Part shown: positions 35,297 through 35,775 of the stretch, piece after piece | How the letters are laid out: the number at the start of each line of letters is the position of its first letter | How positions within the stretch are numbered: the first letter of the stretch is position 1 | From: a virus | Lineage: Duplodnaviria; Caudoviricetes | Strand: one strand, 5' to 3' | DNA length: 35,775 nucleotides | IMG/VR virus record: IMGVR_UViG_3300034053_000106 | Coordinates: 1-35,775 of that record | Made by a program: the position numbers and the translations under genes | The notes under the pieces: model-generated | What the model was told of the DNA's origin: nothing | What the model saw: only the letters and a program-made list of their open reading frames with translations | Database searches by the model: none

Positions 35297-35775
35297 GTCG
35301 GATCCGGAAGGAAGTGCTGCGCAGCGGGCCGGTGCACGAACGCCGACACCCGCTGGACAATGGCAGCGTGCGGATCACGACCTTTGTGCCGCTGCTCATT
35401 CGCAAGCGCGGCAACCGCAAAGTCGTGGTCCCGCCCGCGGGGGTGACCGATCCGATTGTCGCCGCTCCAGCGCCGTCCCTACCCGTGCTACCCTTTAACG
35501 ATACCACGCTGGTGAAGGCCCTCGCGCTAGCGCTGTACTGGCAGGCACAATTGGACGCCGGCAACGTGGCCGATAGCGCGGAAATCGCCCGGCGCGAGAA
35601 GATGGACCGAACGCGCGTGAGCGAGATCCTTCGGCTCACCCTCCTCGCCCCTGACATCGCGCAGCGCATCCTGGAAGGACGGCAGCCAAAGACGCTGACG
35701 CTCGAGATTCTCGTCCGCGCGAAGCTTCCGCTCGCGTGGGAGGCGCAGCGGGAGATGTTAAAAGCGGCAGGGTGA
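35293..35775 (+). CDS. Recombinase-associated HTH-containing protein
   Basis: Coupled to the recombinase stop (ATGA). Contains IARREKMDRTRVSEILRLTLLAPDI...EGRQP. Confidence 0.75.
   Translation: MSRIRKEVLRSGPVHERRHPLDNGSVRITTFVPLLIRKRGNRKVVVPPAGVTDPIVAAPAPSLPVLPFNDTTLVKALALALYWQAQLDAGNVADSAEIARREKMDRTRVSEILRLTLLAPDIAQRILEGRQPKTLTLEILVRAKLPLAWEAQREMLKAAG

Larger units (their letters stand above)
5768..35775. mobile_element. Lambda-like prophage with serine integrase, probably defective
   Basis: Ordered integration, regulation, early, packaging, head and tail modules. No primase, tail-tip or lysis genes seen. att sites not identified. Confidence 0.85.

Noticed and set aside
5768-35775. attL/attR direct repeats and cos site
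   Set aside because: None identifiable by eye. The right boundary is outside the window and the left end appears deleted.

Overview
GC-rich (Betaproteobacteria-like) window. Most of it (about 5.77-35.8 kb) is a lambda-like siphovirus prophage. The right end carries DUF2924, a large serine recombinase and an accessory gene, plus an XRE repressor with an ImmA/IrrE metalloprotease. The minus strand then runs through an unknown two-gene module, an early recombination operon (Bro-N, excisionase-like HTH, Sak4-like AAA_24, SSB-like, DUF6511, Cas4-like nuclease), DNA methyltransferases, terminase, head genes and tail genes up to the tape measure. A plus-strand accessory island (DUF3489, a hypothetical gene, a ParD-like/ParE-like TA pair) interrupts this run. 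The prophage looks deleted in two places. An in-frame junction at about 23791 appears to fuse a primase N-terminus to a methyltransferase C-terminus. The tape measure gene also runs into unrelated DNA at about 5768, with no tail-tip or lysis genes after it. The left 5.7 kb holds other accessory genes: DUF932, a tandem-RHH-like protein flanked by inverted sites, a lipoprotein, a Zn-ribbon/TPR-like protein, and a 74 aa + 510 aa orphan operon. That operon is followed by a hairpin-dense, direct-repeat-flanked candidate ncRNA. The best candidates for something new are (i) the orphan operon with the structured RNA and (ii) a putative protease-switch, two-subunit-activator, phased-repeat-promoter induction cascade. 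All family assignments come from motif recognition by eye, not database searches.
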